A stretch of DNA of 64,000 bases. It comes from Paragordius varius. Taxonomy: Eukaryota > Animalia > Nematomorpha. This document shows positions 27,340-39,080 of this stretch, in pieces. The stretch's first letter is position 1. Each line of letters starts with the position of its first letter. Position numbers and translations under genes: made by a program. A model generated the notes under the pieces. That model did not search any database. It saw nothing but the letters and a program-made list of their open reading frames with translations, and had not been told where the DNA came from. The stretch covers positions 4,650,001-4,714,000 of the forward strand of contig OZ176057.1 of assembly GCA_964247055.1 (NCBI GenBank), in the 5' to 3' direction.

Positions 27340-30300
27340 TTCTCTTCCTCCTCTACAAAACGCTTCGGCGGTTTTCGAACTCGGTCTGGATACCGCCTGG
27401 GGGCCTCCCCCTGCTCAACATCCGATCTCAGTTGATCGGCATGTTTTCGCATCTCTTTTCCATCTTCATCCTTTACTTCATAGGATAACGGCCCCGTCCT
27501 TACTTCCACCGTACCCGGTCGCCATCCTCTTGATGTCTCGTTCTTTATAAAAACTGACTGATCCGGTGTGAATTCTCTTAAGGGTCTCGGTGGCGTACTT
27601 TCTTTAGGCGTTTCTTTATCTTGCAACCAATTCAACGGTGTGTTGATGTTTCTCTTCAAAAACAACGATGCGGGGGTCGTCTTAATCTCGTTATGCCATG
27701 AATTACGATAGGCCAATACATTATTTAAAGCCTCCTGACTCTTCACGCCAGGCATCATCGTGGAACGGAATCTCGACTTCAACGTATAAATTACTCTTTC
27801 TACCAAACCATTTGTCCTTGGGTGGTAGGGCGCCGACGTCACATGCTTAATGTTCCAGTTTGTCATCTTATCCCGAAAATTGAACGATTTGAAATAAGTA
27901 GCATGATCAGATACTAGCATTCTTGGAAAACCATAAGCGGAAAACCATTTCTCCAATTGTATCAAAATCACATCAGATGTAATACTGCTAAGTATCTCCA
28001 CCTCCACCCATCTTGAGAACGCGTCAATTAAAACCAACCAATATTTACCACACATGGGACCCGCGATGTCCACATGGAGTCTTTCCCATATTCCCACATT
28101 GAAGTTCCATTTATATACCGGATTCTCAGCAACGTTCGCCCTGTTTCTCTGACAACACTGACAGTCGTGTACTAACTTTTCAATGTCCTTATCCATTCCG
28201 GGCCAAAACACCACCGACCTGGCTGTGTTTTTCATAGCAACGATACCCGGATGTCCAACATGAAACCAAGCCAAAATTCGTCTTCGTGCAGCTGTTGGGA
28301 TAACCAACCGATCACCAACATATACGAAACCATCGGCATGTTTGAGATCATTTCTAACGGGTTTGAATGCGGATAATTCCGGTGTTGACCAATCATTATT
28401 TTTAAGTGCCATACGTAGTCGTTTTAACAGTTTATCCTCCAAACAATCTTTTTTGAATTGCGTTTTATTTAAATTTAAATCCACGAATGCGATTTGTCGG
28501 ATTTTTTCGGCCACATATTCATCATCATTGTCTACGGATGTCTGACTCTTTTCGGGAAGTCTTGAAAACACATCGGCCATGTTTGATGATCCCGCAATAT
28601 ATTTCATATCAAAATCATACGCGGCGGCCTTGTAGATCCATCTTAACAATTTACAGTTTTTAATATCACTTAACTTCCGATTGTTTCCGAATAAATGAAC
28701 CAACGGCTTATGATCTGACCAGACCTCACATTTCTGTCCATAAATATAATAATGGAATTTTTCTAAACCAAATAACAAAGCCTTGGTTTCCAATTCAATC
28801 ACAGAATAATTTTTCTCTGCATTCTGGCATTTTCTTGATGCGAATGCAATTGGTACCATTCTCTTATTTTCCATTTGCAGAAGTACAGCTCCAAAGCCTT
28901 TTGTAAACGCATCCACTTGTATTATTGTTTTATTTATGTTATAAGTGGCAAGTAAAGATTCTCTTGATATTAAGTTTTTTGCTTGCTTGAATTCATTTTG
29001 ATGTTCTTGTGACCATCTCCATTCCTTTTTGGATCCTCTTAGTGCATGTAGATTACTAACTTTGATATATAAACCAGGAATAAAACGTTCATAAAAATTG
29101 AGCAATCCCAAAAATGATCTTAACTCAGTTTTATTCGTGTGTGTTGCACATTTAGCAATGGCGTCGAGCTTATCTTGTACAGGACGGATTCCCTGTTTTG
29201 ATAACTCAAACCCCAAAAATTTTATATTCTTCTGATACAGCTTTAATTCATCCGTTCTTAGTGTAAACCCGCATTGTTGTAACTTTGCTAAGGTCTCGCT
29301 CAGATTTCTATCGTGTTCCTCTTTCGTTTTACCAACAATCAAAACATCGTCGAGATAAGCCATTGTGCCCCTGCAATCTTTGAGTACCTCATCCATTATT
29401 CTCTGGAAAAGCATGGGAGAAACCTTCAATCCAAATGGTAGGCGATTAAATTGGAAATATCCCATCGGGGTAGTAATAACTAAATATTTTTTACTTTCCA
29501 CATCCACCGGAATTTGAAGGTATGCGTCCTTTAAATCAATGGACGAGAACCATGTGGATCCCGCACATTTAGATGCGATCGTGTCAAATGTCGGGATAAT
29601 CTGAGATATGTTCTCCATCAAAGAATTGATAGTTACCCGGAAATCAGCACACACCCTAATTTCCCCATTAGTTTTTACGACGTTAACCGTAGGAGTCGCC
29701 CATTCCACATGGTGTTGTGTTGGATCTACGGGACTCACTATTCCCAGGTCTATCAGTCTCTGTATTTCCATCTCTACTTTACTCTGTAGTGCCAATGGAA
29801 TTCTCCGTGCAGCGAAGACTTTTGGTATTGCATCTGATCGGACATACAATTTGACAGGATCACCGTTGTAACAACCCAATTTCCCGTTAAAGAGTTTTGG
29901 AAATCGCTTGAATACATTGTCATGACCATTATTATTATTAGATGTTATTTGATTAACACTCACGTTATCCGGTAAGGTCATGCCACAACCAATGATCCAC
30001 GACAGCCCAAATATAGGAGATAGCTCTTCTTCCGTTACAAAACATTCTAATTTCTTCGTAATATTTCCCATTGTTACATTGACAACTGTTTTTCCCAAGA
30101 GTTTGATTAGGTTGTTTCCGTAGGAAGTTAATCTGGGAGCACTTTTTAGTAACGGTCCTCCCACCGTCTTCCAAACATTTTTATTAATCAAAGAAGCAGC
30201 AGCTCCAGTATCAAAAACCATACTGACAGCTTGGCCATTAATCATAGCGCAAATGTTCGCTTGTGTGCCCCATTTATTATAATTAGCGTTTATATTATCA

Positions 30301-31086
30301 CTATATCGTTTCTTATGGCGACACATTGCCTGAAAATGATTTTTTTTATTACAATTGTGGCATATTTTTCCGAACGCGGGACATTGTTTTGGTATATGCG
30401 ATTTACCACATTTGCTACATCTCCGCTTCCATTTATTATTATTGCCATCACCATTTTTTTTATATTCCATATTATTACTCTTATGATTATTATTATTATT
30501 ATTATCATTCGACCGATTCTTTTGAATTTTAAGGATACTGCTTGACGACACATGGGAGGCAATATCGGCCCTTGCAAGTTCCTGAGCCAAGGCCATGTCG
30601 ACAATGGTGGTTAATGACACCGCCTTCCCATCACACTTCGCATCGGGGAATCGTGAATAAAGATCCACTTCCAATGATTGCAAGTTTAATCCAGCCACAA
30701 AACTGTCTCTAATTCTCTCCTCCACCTCTGTTTGAAATTCAGCCTTTTCCGCCACACTCTTGACTCTTTGCAAAAATTCCGTGAATGTTTCTCCATCATT
30801 TCTCCGCAGCAAACTCAAACCTTGCAGCGAAGACAGACTTGGCAGGTGAGAAAAGTTTAAGACCAATGTCATGAATTTTAGACCAAGGAGCATCATCAAT
30901 TGATTCCGGAAAAATCATTGTTTCGATCTTATTAATTGTTTTAAGACCAGCTCCAGCCAAAAACAGTACTTTGATATTATCATCATTAATATCAACATTT
31001 TTGGAGATCATAACTCTTTTGACATATCTGATATAGGTGGCAAAATCATAATTGTCATCGTATCCTTCGATTGAAATTTTATCCAT
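27330..31086 (-). CDS. gag-pol polyprotein with one frameshift in gag (~30805..30812)
   Basis: MDKISIEG... (31086) runs to ARFEF, then shifts frame into LRRNDGETF. Downstream: CCHC knuckles (CHNCNKKNHFQAMC), protease VFDTGA, RT (SIDLKDAYLQ, YLDD), RNase H, integrase (H..HPG...C..C, HVDIAGP, VSDHA, NGLVER). The stop lies inside the 3' LTR. Confidence 0.93.
27340..27354 (-). promoter_or_regulatory. Polypurine tract AGAGGAGGAAGAGAA
   Basis: All-purine run directly abutting the TG of the 3' LTR. Confidence 0.85.
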
Positions 31087-31087
31087 C

Positions 31088-31100
31088 GTCTTCGTCGCCA
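31088..31100 (-). promoter_or_regulatory. Primer-binding site TGGCGACGAAGAC
   Basis: Starts with TGG 3 nt inside the 5' LTR. The TGGCGACGA core is common in Mag-type elements. The gag ATG (31086) follows almost immediately. Confidence 0.85.
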
Positions 31101-31103
31101 GAA

Positions 31104-31365
31104 TATTATGTATCGAATATAACGAATCGGTGATGAAAATACAAAACAATAATAATTTATTAAGAATTTCGATATATTTATACTTTTTGATTAATGATAA
31201 TTTTAACATGCATGTGCGTCACAATTGTAAGAATATGTCTTTTATTCTACGAATATATATATAAGAATTCCACGAATAAGGACGCACAAACATAAATTGC
31301 GATTAATATAAAAATATATGTAAGAAAATATAATGATGCAACGTTGTAGTATCCACTACATAACA
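31104..31365 (-). repeat. 5' LTR (262 bp)
   Basis: Direct repeat of 27077..27339, followed on the - strand by TTC and the PBS. Confidence 0.95.
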
Positions 31366-31809
31366 CTGCCTTATATTAAAATTAGTTTATATCGGCTTTT
31401 CATATTCATTTTAAGAATACTAGCCCATTGGCAAATAAAAAAATTATTCTGAACCCAAGGCTAATTGCAAAATAAACATATGTTTTTGCTTTCCCAATAA
31501 CTTTAAATTATATATTTTTATGATTTTTTTGATATGAAGCATTTCCCTTAACATGTGCGCAAATTTTGCGATATTACGATATTGAACAGTCAACTAACTT
31601 TTTTAATTCAATCGCAAGCATCAATACAAAAGATTTTAATGAGCATGATACGTTTTTCTATCAATATATATTTTCATCAGGATATTTTTTTATGGTCATT
31701 GGAGGCAATATATTTATATATATATTGTCATAAGGCATCGATTATGTTTCTATATAAATTATCTTATTTTGAAATTAGGTTATTAAAAATTTTATTTATC
31801 ACATATTAG

Positions 31810-32275
31810 GCCTACATCTTTCATCTCAAAACACATCCAACTTTAACCTGGTTCGAACAATGCGTAACGTTTGATAGTTTCCCCACTCCGACCCATGAAT
31901 TAATTTATAATCTTTTTTCAGCAACTGTTATGTACATCATACCGCTCATAACTGTCATCACCTGTTATTCTATAATTCTAGTCCGGGTTTTAAGGAGAAA
32001 TCACAACTTGGAACGTTTACAATTCAAAAACGAAGGATCTCTTGTAAGTCAAAACACGTCCCCCCTGTCATTTGCTCCAAAAGGTAATGTAAGCAATGCA
32101 AAAATGTTGAACAACACAGATCCAATAAAACATATGGTAGAAAGCCCTAATGGTTCCCCCAATAATTACTATGACGACTCAAAACACATATCATTGATTT
32201 CGAGGTTAAATCAAAACTACAATAATTCCTATCAAATGGGTCACAAAATTGCCAAACAATATTCCCCTGATCATG
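31810..32275 (+). CDS. GnRH/AKH/ACP-family GPCR, exon 2 (ECL2, TM5, start of ICL3)
   Basis: Acceptor ATTAG|GCC at 31809/31810 continues SLPQ in phase 0 into AYIFHLKTHPTLTWFEQCVTFDSFPTPTHELIYNLFSATVMYIIPL, the AKH/GnRH-receptor ECL2-TM5 signature. In frame with track ORF 31930..32286. Phase-1 donor G|GTAAAA at 32275/32276. Confidence 0.92.
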
Positions 32276-33480
32276 GTAAAAAATAGTAATGTGGTTAATA
32301 TTTTTAGCAAAACAATTTTATTTCGTTTTCTTATGCCAAATTATTCAAGATAACCATTCTTGTGTTAATATAAATTGTCCATTTTTCTATTTATTCATCA
32401 AAGAATGTAAAAAAATTAAAACTCAAATATTATTATCCAATAACAATTATTAAAATTTTATAAGACTTAACCTTGGATAAGAACCCGAACCCTAATAAAC
32501 AATTCTCGAAAAAGTAATATTTTAATTTATTTCAATTAACTATGGATGTTAGCACCTTACATTGCTGACACTGTAATATCCTGATGAAATCAATATTTTA
32601 CTATATAATCTATGAGGATTTCATAGTGCTTTTGATTTTGAGCCATAGGAGAAAAAAATACAGTTTGCTAATTGTTCCATATAGAGCGCATGCTCATTAT
32701 TTTTTGGGGTGAAGGTTGGAGGCCTCATTAAAAATATTTTTAGATAATACGATAAGCTACCTCTTTAAGGAAAGTTATTTTATTAAAGTATAAATTTAAG
32801 ATGTGGGCTACGAAAGTTTATTAGTACTTTTATTATGTAAAAAAACGGAAGAATTTCCAGATTGCGCGAGAAATTTTTATTGGCATCAAAAAAAATATTT
32901 TTTAAAGTGCTTTTGCTCAAAAACCTGATTTTGGCAAAAGTATGCTAATAAGTATCCCGTGAATTTTTTAGTATATTAAATATACCTATTCTATTTAGTA
33001 TGATTTGCTGAACTTTTCTACCACCTCGGATATTCTCCATTCTTAAGTTAATTTTTGGTAAATAGACAAATAAAAAAATTCAAAGAAGAAACAATCTGAG
33101 ATTAAATTAATGTTCGGCATTATCGAGTTATATGGATAAAGTATTGTTATAGTAGTATTAATATCGTTTTCAACCTCCAAATACGCTTTAATAAGATCGG
33201 TTAAAAATTAAAGATTTCTCAAAATAGGCATTTTTTCACTCATCAAGCATAACATGGTTAACTCCTTGGCTTTGATGGGTTTAAAAAAGCAAGACGGGTC
33301 TAAATTTTGCGAATTTTTAAAAATTAATATTTATAATTAACATAATAAGGATTTATTAGTGAAATTGATTATATATATAGTTAATAAAGGAGCATCTTCA
33401 CCATTAGTTTACGTATTACATATAATAAGCTAAATTCTTTGAGAAAATTTAAATTTTTTTTATCAATCATTGATATATTT

Positions 33481-33745
33481 CAGAGATGTAGCTAGGGGGT
33501 AGGAAAGGGGGCTGATACACCGGGCGCCATAGCCGGGTTCAGAATTAATTTTATTTCAAAAAATAGGTATTTAAAAGTTAATTTTTTAAATAATACATAA
33601 AAACATAACCCTTTTATGAGTGGTTATGTCTACGGTTTGAATTTGATTATTTTTTAACACGCAAGGGATTGCATGGAAAGGAAAGAAGCGCCATCACGGA
33701 TTTATGTACCAGCCCCCACCGCCAGAAATGCAAACTACCTTTCTG
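33481..33745. mobile_element. hAT-like MITE in GPCR intron 2
   Basis: Ends CAGAGATGTAG / CTACCTTTCTG; TSD ATATATTT/ATAGATTT (7/8). Confidence 0.65.
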
Positions 33746-34127
33746 ATAGATTTATGAAGGCATTTTGAGAATATTGATATATATTTTACGACCTCTCGAT
33801 TTTTATGCATCGTATGTAGTAATTTTAATTTTGTTTACAAATACTTGAATTAATAAAAAATAGTTTTTCTATAAAAGAAAAATTTAAGCGGTTTAAAATT
33901 TTTTCGTACAAAAAAATTTTCGGAAACCAAAAAACCAGCAATCATTTGGAACCGAAACCGTAAATGGTTTTAACTCCTGGCTTAAATCAATGTTTGCATT
34001 GCAGATAAATATATATAATGTATTGGTTTTAAAAAACTCATGCAGCACAGCAAAAGGTGATAACCTTTTTTGTTTATTCTTTTTATATAAAATAATTTTT
34101 TTAAAATAAAATTTAACATTACTATAG

Positions 34128-35227
34128 ATAAACTTATATCAATCACCTCAAAAACGGGAACATTACGGAAATCTGTTCAATTTTCTGGTCAGGATGGTAT
34201 AGTAAGCAAAAATGGCCATTTAGAAAACCATACATTGAATATGCTGCCCCATGCGATGTTAGCAGAAAAGGGCAGAGTTAAAAAGGCACTGTCAACTATT
34301 TCGCACGAGTTGTCCCCTATCGTTGAACATGGAAATATATCTTTGAAATCGAATCCGCTCATTCAAAAAAGCGCTGTGAATTCTTCGGATGCTAAAGGCA
34401 GTATCGCGACATCTTACGTTCTATGTCCCAAGGATTCGCCTATTAAAATGGCGAAAATAGTGCATGAACCAGAGGGAGAAAGCCCCCATATCATGTATCA
34501 TAATTCTTTGATAGAAAACAGTAATATATCTTATAAAGGTAACAACCATCGACCAAGAGCTAATCTATCAATTTCTTTAACACCATCCTATGAGTTATCA
34601 AGCTCTCCCACAATCGAAAATGCAGACCCTAATGATGAGGAAGAACGTATATCGTCATTTACTCAAAGTTCCGATACAGTAAGTCTTGCTAATCCTTATA
34701 ACAAAAGTCCAATATCTCATCGGAGCTATGATCAACGTTTTACATTTAATGAGTTTCAACAAAGGAAAAAACCTTCATCGGAAACTAATAAGTTGTCTCC
34801 TTCTGCAGAAGTCAGTTATCAGCTTGGTGGGCAAGGATCAAGCCCAACCACATTTTTTAAGGCACTTGGTCAACAATCCCGGAGACGATTAAAACGGTTC
34901 ACAAGTACACAAAAACGTAAGCGAATCAAACTCCTGAATGAGGCCACTCGAAGCAATTTAAAATTAATTAAAATGACTGCCCTTATCATAGCCGTATTCA
35001 TATTCTGTTGGACGCCGTATAACATAATGAGTTTTTGGCACTATTTTTCCAAGGAAACGGCCCAAAAAGTAAATCCTATCGTCCAACGTATCCTATTTAT
35101 TTTTGCCGTTTTTAATTCTTGTTTCAATCCACTAATCTATGGCTTGTTTAATGTTAATTTAATTTCAAGTGCCTTAATCCGTGACTACTTTAACCATCTC
35201 AAACGTCGATGTTTACCATATTGGTAA
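34128..35227 (+). CDS. GnRH/AKH/ACP-family GPCR, exon 3 (rest of ICL3, TM6, TM7, C-tail)
   Basis: Acceptor CTATAG|AT at 34127/34128 is phase-1 compatible and open into ORF 34235..35227. TM6 MTALIIAVFIFCWTPYNIMSFW (CWxP) and TM7 FAVFNSCFNPLIYG (NPxxY). Stop TAA 35225..35227. Confidence 0.92.
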
Positions 35228-36132
35228 CGTATTATGATATTAAAATGAATGTAACGAATCAATAAACAAATATATAGAGAGTCCTGCTTTAGATAGACAA
35301 ATAATATATGTGATAAATGTTGAAATGATTAAAATATGTTGTCCAAAATATCTTATATTTTATTATGCTTAAATGTGCAATGTAATAAATAACACGACAT
35401 AAATGTTATTATTCAAAGGAAGAAAAATGGATAATTTAAAATATATTTTTTATAGATATATATTTGAATTTGTGATCATTAATTTATTATACATATAATT
35501 GTGATTTGATCTAATATATATATATATATATATATTTACTATGAGGAGTAAAGTAAGAAAAATAAAATAATGTAAATAAAACTCAATATCTAATATTTTT
35601 ATCATAATAACCATATTTTTATGAATTCTTAATTTTTAATAAATTACTCTATCGTTTTCAATAAACTAAGGAGTAGTAAAGATAAAAGGAGGTAATACTT
35701 CCAATTACACCACATTTTACAATCGCAATACCAATTGGTAGGCCATTTATAAAATTTAAGAATAAAATATTTAATTATTTCTTATTTATGTAATTTCAAA
35801 TAATAATGTTTTGTCTTTATAAATTTAATTATCATTGTAAAATGGTTCAAAAAAATCTATTTTTAAAAAGTATGATTGTCTTTTAGAACTTGTCAATTTT
35901 ACCTTTTGTCCGTATGATTAAAATTTTTATAGATCGCACCTAAAATGCCTACCTTTGATATAAAATAGATATATTTTATATTAATAATTAGATATTGTTA
36001 TTGTCTAATAACTAGCAATCATATATAGTATTTTAGAATGCCTAAGTCAAGTCCGTATATATTTATAACATATTATCCCGCCAATGAGGGAAACAGTAAG
36101 GATTACTTGAGCAAATCAGTTTATAAAAAGCG

Positions 36133-36173
<41 letters not shown>

Positions 36174-36923
36174 TTGGGCAGCTTAGTCAAAATATCAAAA
36201 GACCAATATTATGAAAATTATTTAAAAATAAAGAAAATATACATTTACCACAACGTGGGCGAAATTTTAGCCAATCTTATAAAATATGTGGTATACTAAT
36301 TTGAAACTCACAAAATTACAATAAAATTGAAATTATACCGACAAAAGCGTAAAAATATAAAGACAAATATTTTTTTAAAATACAACTATACATTTAAATC
36401 TTAATTTTTTTTAAATATAATCATTGTTTTAAATTCCAAGTATAGAATAGAGATGTATATTAATAACACAATCAATTACACATATTTTAATTGTTGATAA
36501 ATAATTTTAAAAGAATTAAATAAGGTTTGAAATGTGGTTATTTTTCGATAAAATAAATTTGTCTGTATTTCCATTTTTACTGTACGTTAAGGTAAAAGCA
36601 AAAAAATATATTAAATTATAATATTTTTGCCTAAAAAATGAAAGAACTTTGCTGCTAAAATATATATATATATATACGGCATTTAATTTATTTAAACAAA
36701 AAGTTGGCCCCATTATAAAGGTATAAATATAATTATTAATATATATTACACTTTCAACTTTATAGGTTTTGGATAATAAAACTTTAGTTTTATGGCCAAG
36801 TAAATAAACCGTTTATTGCATAATTAAAAAGAAGAAAGAAAAGTTAAATTACTATATATAACTAAAAAAATTAATAATAAAACTATTTTTTTCTCTAATA
36901 TTTTATAATTGAGTTTGACTATT

Positions 36924-37026
36924 ATGAGTTGGTTATCTTCTTTTTGCTACTTGATATTTTTTTCGTTTTGCATACTCTCTCAAAAAAATTTAGTCAAGTG
37001 TGATGATCACGATTCAGGGGATACAG
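36924..37026 (+). CDS. Orphan secreted protein, exon 1 (signal peptide)
   Basis: ATG 36924 MSWLSSFCYLIFFSFCILSQKNLVKCDDHDSGDT has a hydrophobic signal-peptide-like core. Phase-1 donor CAG|GTAAAA at 37026/37027. Confidence 0.7.
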
Positions 37027-37754
37027 GTAAAATCATAATAAAAATTTCTTTAAAAAATAACGTTTTTTCCATATATTTTTATAAACTTCAAAGGTATACC
37101 CGGATATATGGTATTAGGCTTTTTAACACCTCTGACTGCTTCATATAGTATCAAAACAGGCAATTTTAAATAAAAAATTTTGATATTATTTTCAAAATTT
37201 ATTGCTCTAAATCCGGTTATTTAGTTATGTTTGTTTAAATAAATTTGACCTTCTGGAATATTCGATATATAGCGGCCATTTTTATAGATAGAAGCAAAAT
37301 ATAATTGTATATATCGAAAAATAAATGATATAATTTAAATAGCCTATATATACCACTGTCAGGAGGTTTGTTTTGTTTTGGGATCATTACAGATAAAAAA
37401 TGGGTTAAAATTTCGAAAAATAGGGATAAATTGGTATTAAATGCCAGTAATTTATACGTCACGGTCCATTATAAGAAGTAATTTTAGGGAATTTCAATTG
37501 CAAATTATTATTTATGAAAAATCACTATTTTAAATTAACGAAAAATGATTATACAATTTTAACTTGTTTTTAATGTGCTTTGATCTTTATAAAGTAATGA
37601 GTCTTCAAAATTATTTACAAAAATTAAAATCTCATAAAATTCGAAAAATTATATGGGTATTTATAAAGTGACTTATTTTAATCAACCATTATATCTGTCT
37701 CAAAAAGCTTAATTAACTAGCTTATTGACTATTTTTATTTGCAAAATGTGTTAA

Positions 37755-37890
37755 CCCGTTCGGTCTCCATTAAAAGAACAAATAAGTATTTTTAATCAAA
37801 TAACTTCACTAAACTTAGTTATATATATATATATATATTTATTGTAAAAATTTTATTTAAACTATTTCTCTACTTTAGAAACCGAACAGG
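37755..37890. mobile_element. piggyBac-type MITE
   Basis: TTAA on both sides; TIRs CCCGTTCGGTCTC / GAAACCGAACAGG (11/13). Confidence 0.7.
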
Positions 37891-38189
37891 TTAATCACAT
37901 GTTAAACTAAGTTCATAATCTAGCCTGCTGAAAAGGCCTACAAAATTTACGGAACACATTTGCTTTTTTTCCAAAATCTGATTCTTGGATTTTAGACCTT
38001 TAATAAACACAAGCCTAAACAACCATATAATTGAATAAAACAGCCTACCATAAAAAACAGCTATTCCTAGGTAGTGCAGTACCGAACTACGTAAAACAGC
38101 TCATCTTGTCACTTTATGTCAAATTATTTAATTGTGTCCCCATGATTAAAAAGGTCCATAGGTTTTTAGCCCACATATAATTTTGAAAA

Positions 38190-39080
38190 AAAAATTATTT
38201 TTTATAAAATCCTTCAGCTTCTACACATTTCTCCCATCTCTCTTTTCAACGCATTTAATTTTATTAAATTATTGGTCTGCGAAGATGGCCCATTGATCGA
38301 AGTTGTATTAATCATATGATACGAGGTCAATTCAGGGTGGGGGCCAAAGAATTTTCCATGAAAATAATCTTAAAATGTTTTTTACTGGTTTTGCTGTGAG
38401 AGAAGGAGCATTTAAATGCACCAAAAGACGTCGCCATGTCTTCTGGTTCATTCTGAACGTTTTTCGATTATTGGTTTGTTTGATCATTTGTTTTCGATAG
38501 CCTTGTGTATTAACGGCTCAGGTTTTAAGTTCAGAAATACAGAATAGACCGGTTCCACCAGATCTAGTCCACTAGCATCTTGTCGAAGCCTCATGGAGTT
38601 GTTGTTGACGGAACGGGTTGGCAAGATAAAAGCCTTAATATTTTCGATTTTTTTCACAATAAGTCATTTTTTTCTTTTCGTGACTTTGATGCAGATTTCA
38701 GCCGCCACTTTGCGATTTTTGATTTGACATTATTTAAAATGTGTGGGAGCTATCGAGCTTTTCGTTATTTTCAATACTCGCAGACATCTTTAATTTTTCT
38801 TGTGGTATGTGTGAGGCTTCTGCTAATTGTTGTTAATTTTGAGTTGGATCATCATCCAATTACTCTTGCACTTAAGTGTATTTGCAGTGTGATTTTCTAG
38901 ATCGTCGACGCACTCTTTCATGAAATGGAAAATTTTAATGATTCAAATTAATGATTCACCTGGGTTAATCGATACAGCATTTTCACCATTTATATGTTTC
39001 TGACAACAAAAGAAAATTTAACAATATTTTTTTATAATGTCCATACGCATTTTCACTCAGGAATTTAGACGCAATCACTG
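38190..39080 (-). pseudogene. Degraded mariner transposase in intron 1 of the orphan secreted gene
   Basis: Minus-strand translation gives mariner-type fragments LDDDPTQN*QQLAEA (~38815..38860), LRSMGHL and RWEKCVEAEGFY (38204..38239), with many stops and frameshifts. Boundaries approximate. Confidence 0.75.

Larger units (their letters stand above)
27077..31365 (-). mobile_element. Full-length Ty3/Gypsy LTR retrotransposon (Mag-clade-like), 4289 bp, antisense in GPCR intron 1
   Basis: Two near-identical LTRs, 5-bp TSD CTGCC (27072..27076 and 31366..31370), PBS, PPT and gag-pol with PR-RT-RH-IN order. Confidence 0.97.

Noticed and set aside
30796-30899. Programmed ribosomal frameshift between the two overlapping retrotransposon ORFs
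   Set aside because: The shift falls inside the capsid domain, not at the gag-pol boundary, and no convincing slippery heptamer is present; a mutation is more likely.
31087-31209. N-terminal extension of the gag ORF (MLKLSLIKK…)
   Set aside because: It lies in the 5' LTR and PBS; the ATG at 31086 directly after the PBS is the plausible start.
26950-31264. ORFs 26950..27237 and 31052..31264 with identical C-terminal peptides as a duplicated gene
   Set aside because: Both simply read through the two LTR copies.
38580-38900. 106-aa plus-strand ORF as an extra exon of the secreted gene
   Set aside because: It is the antisense of a degraded mariner transposase, and exons 1 and 2 already join in phase without it.
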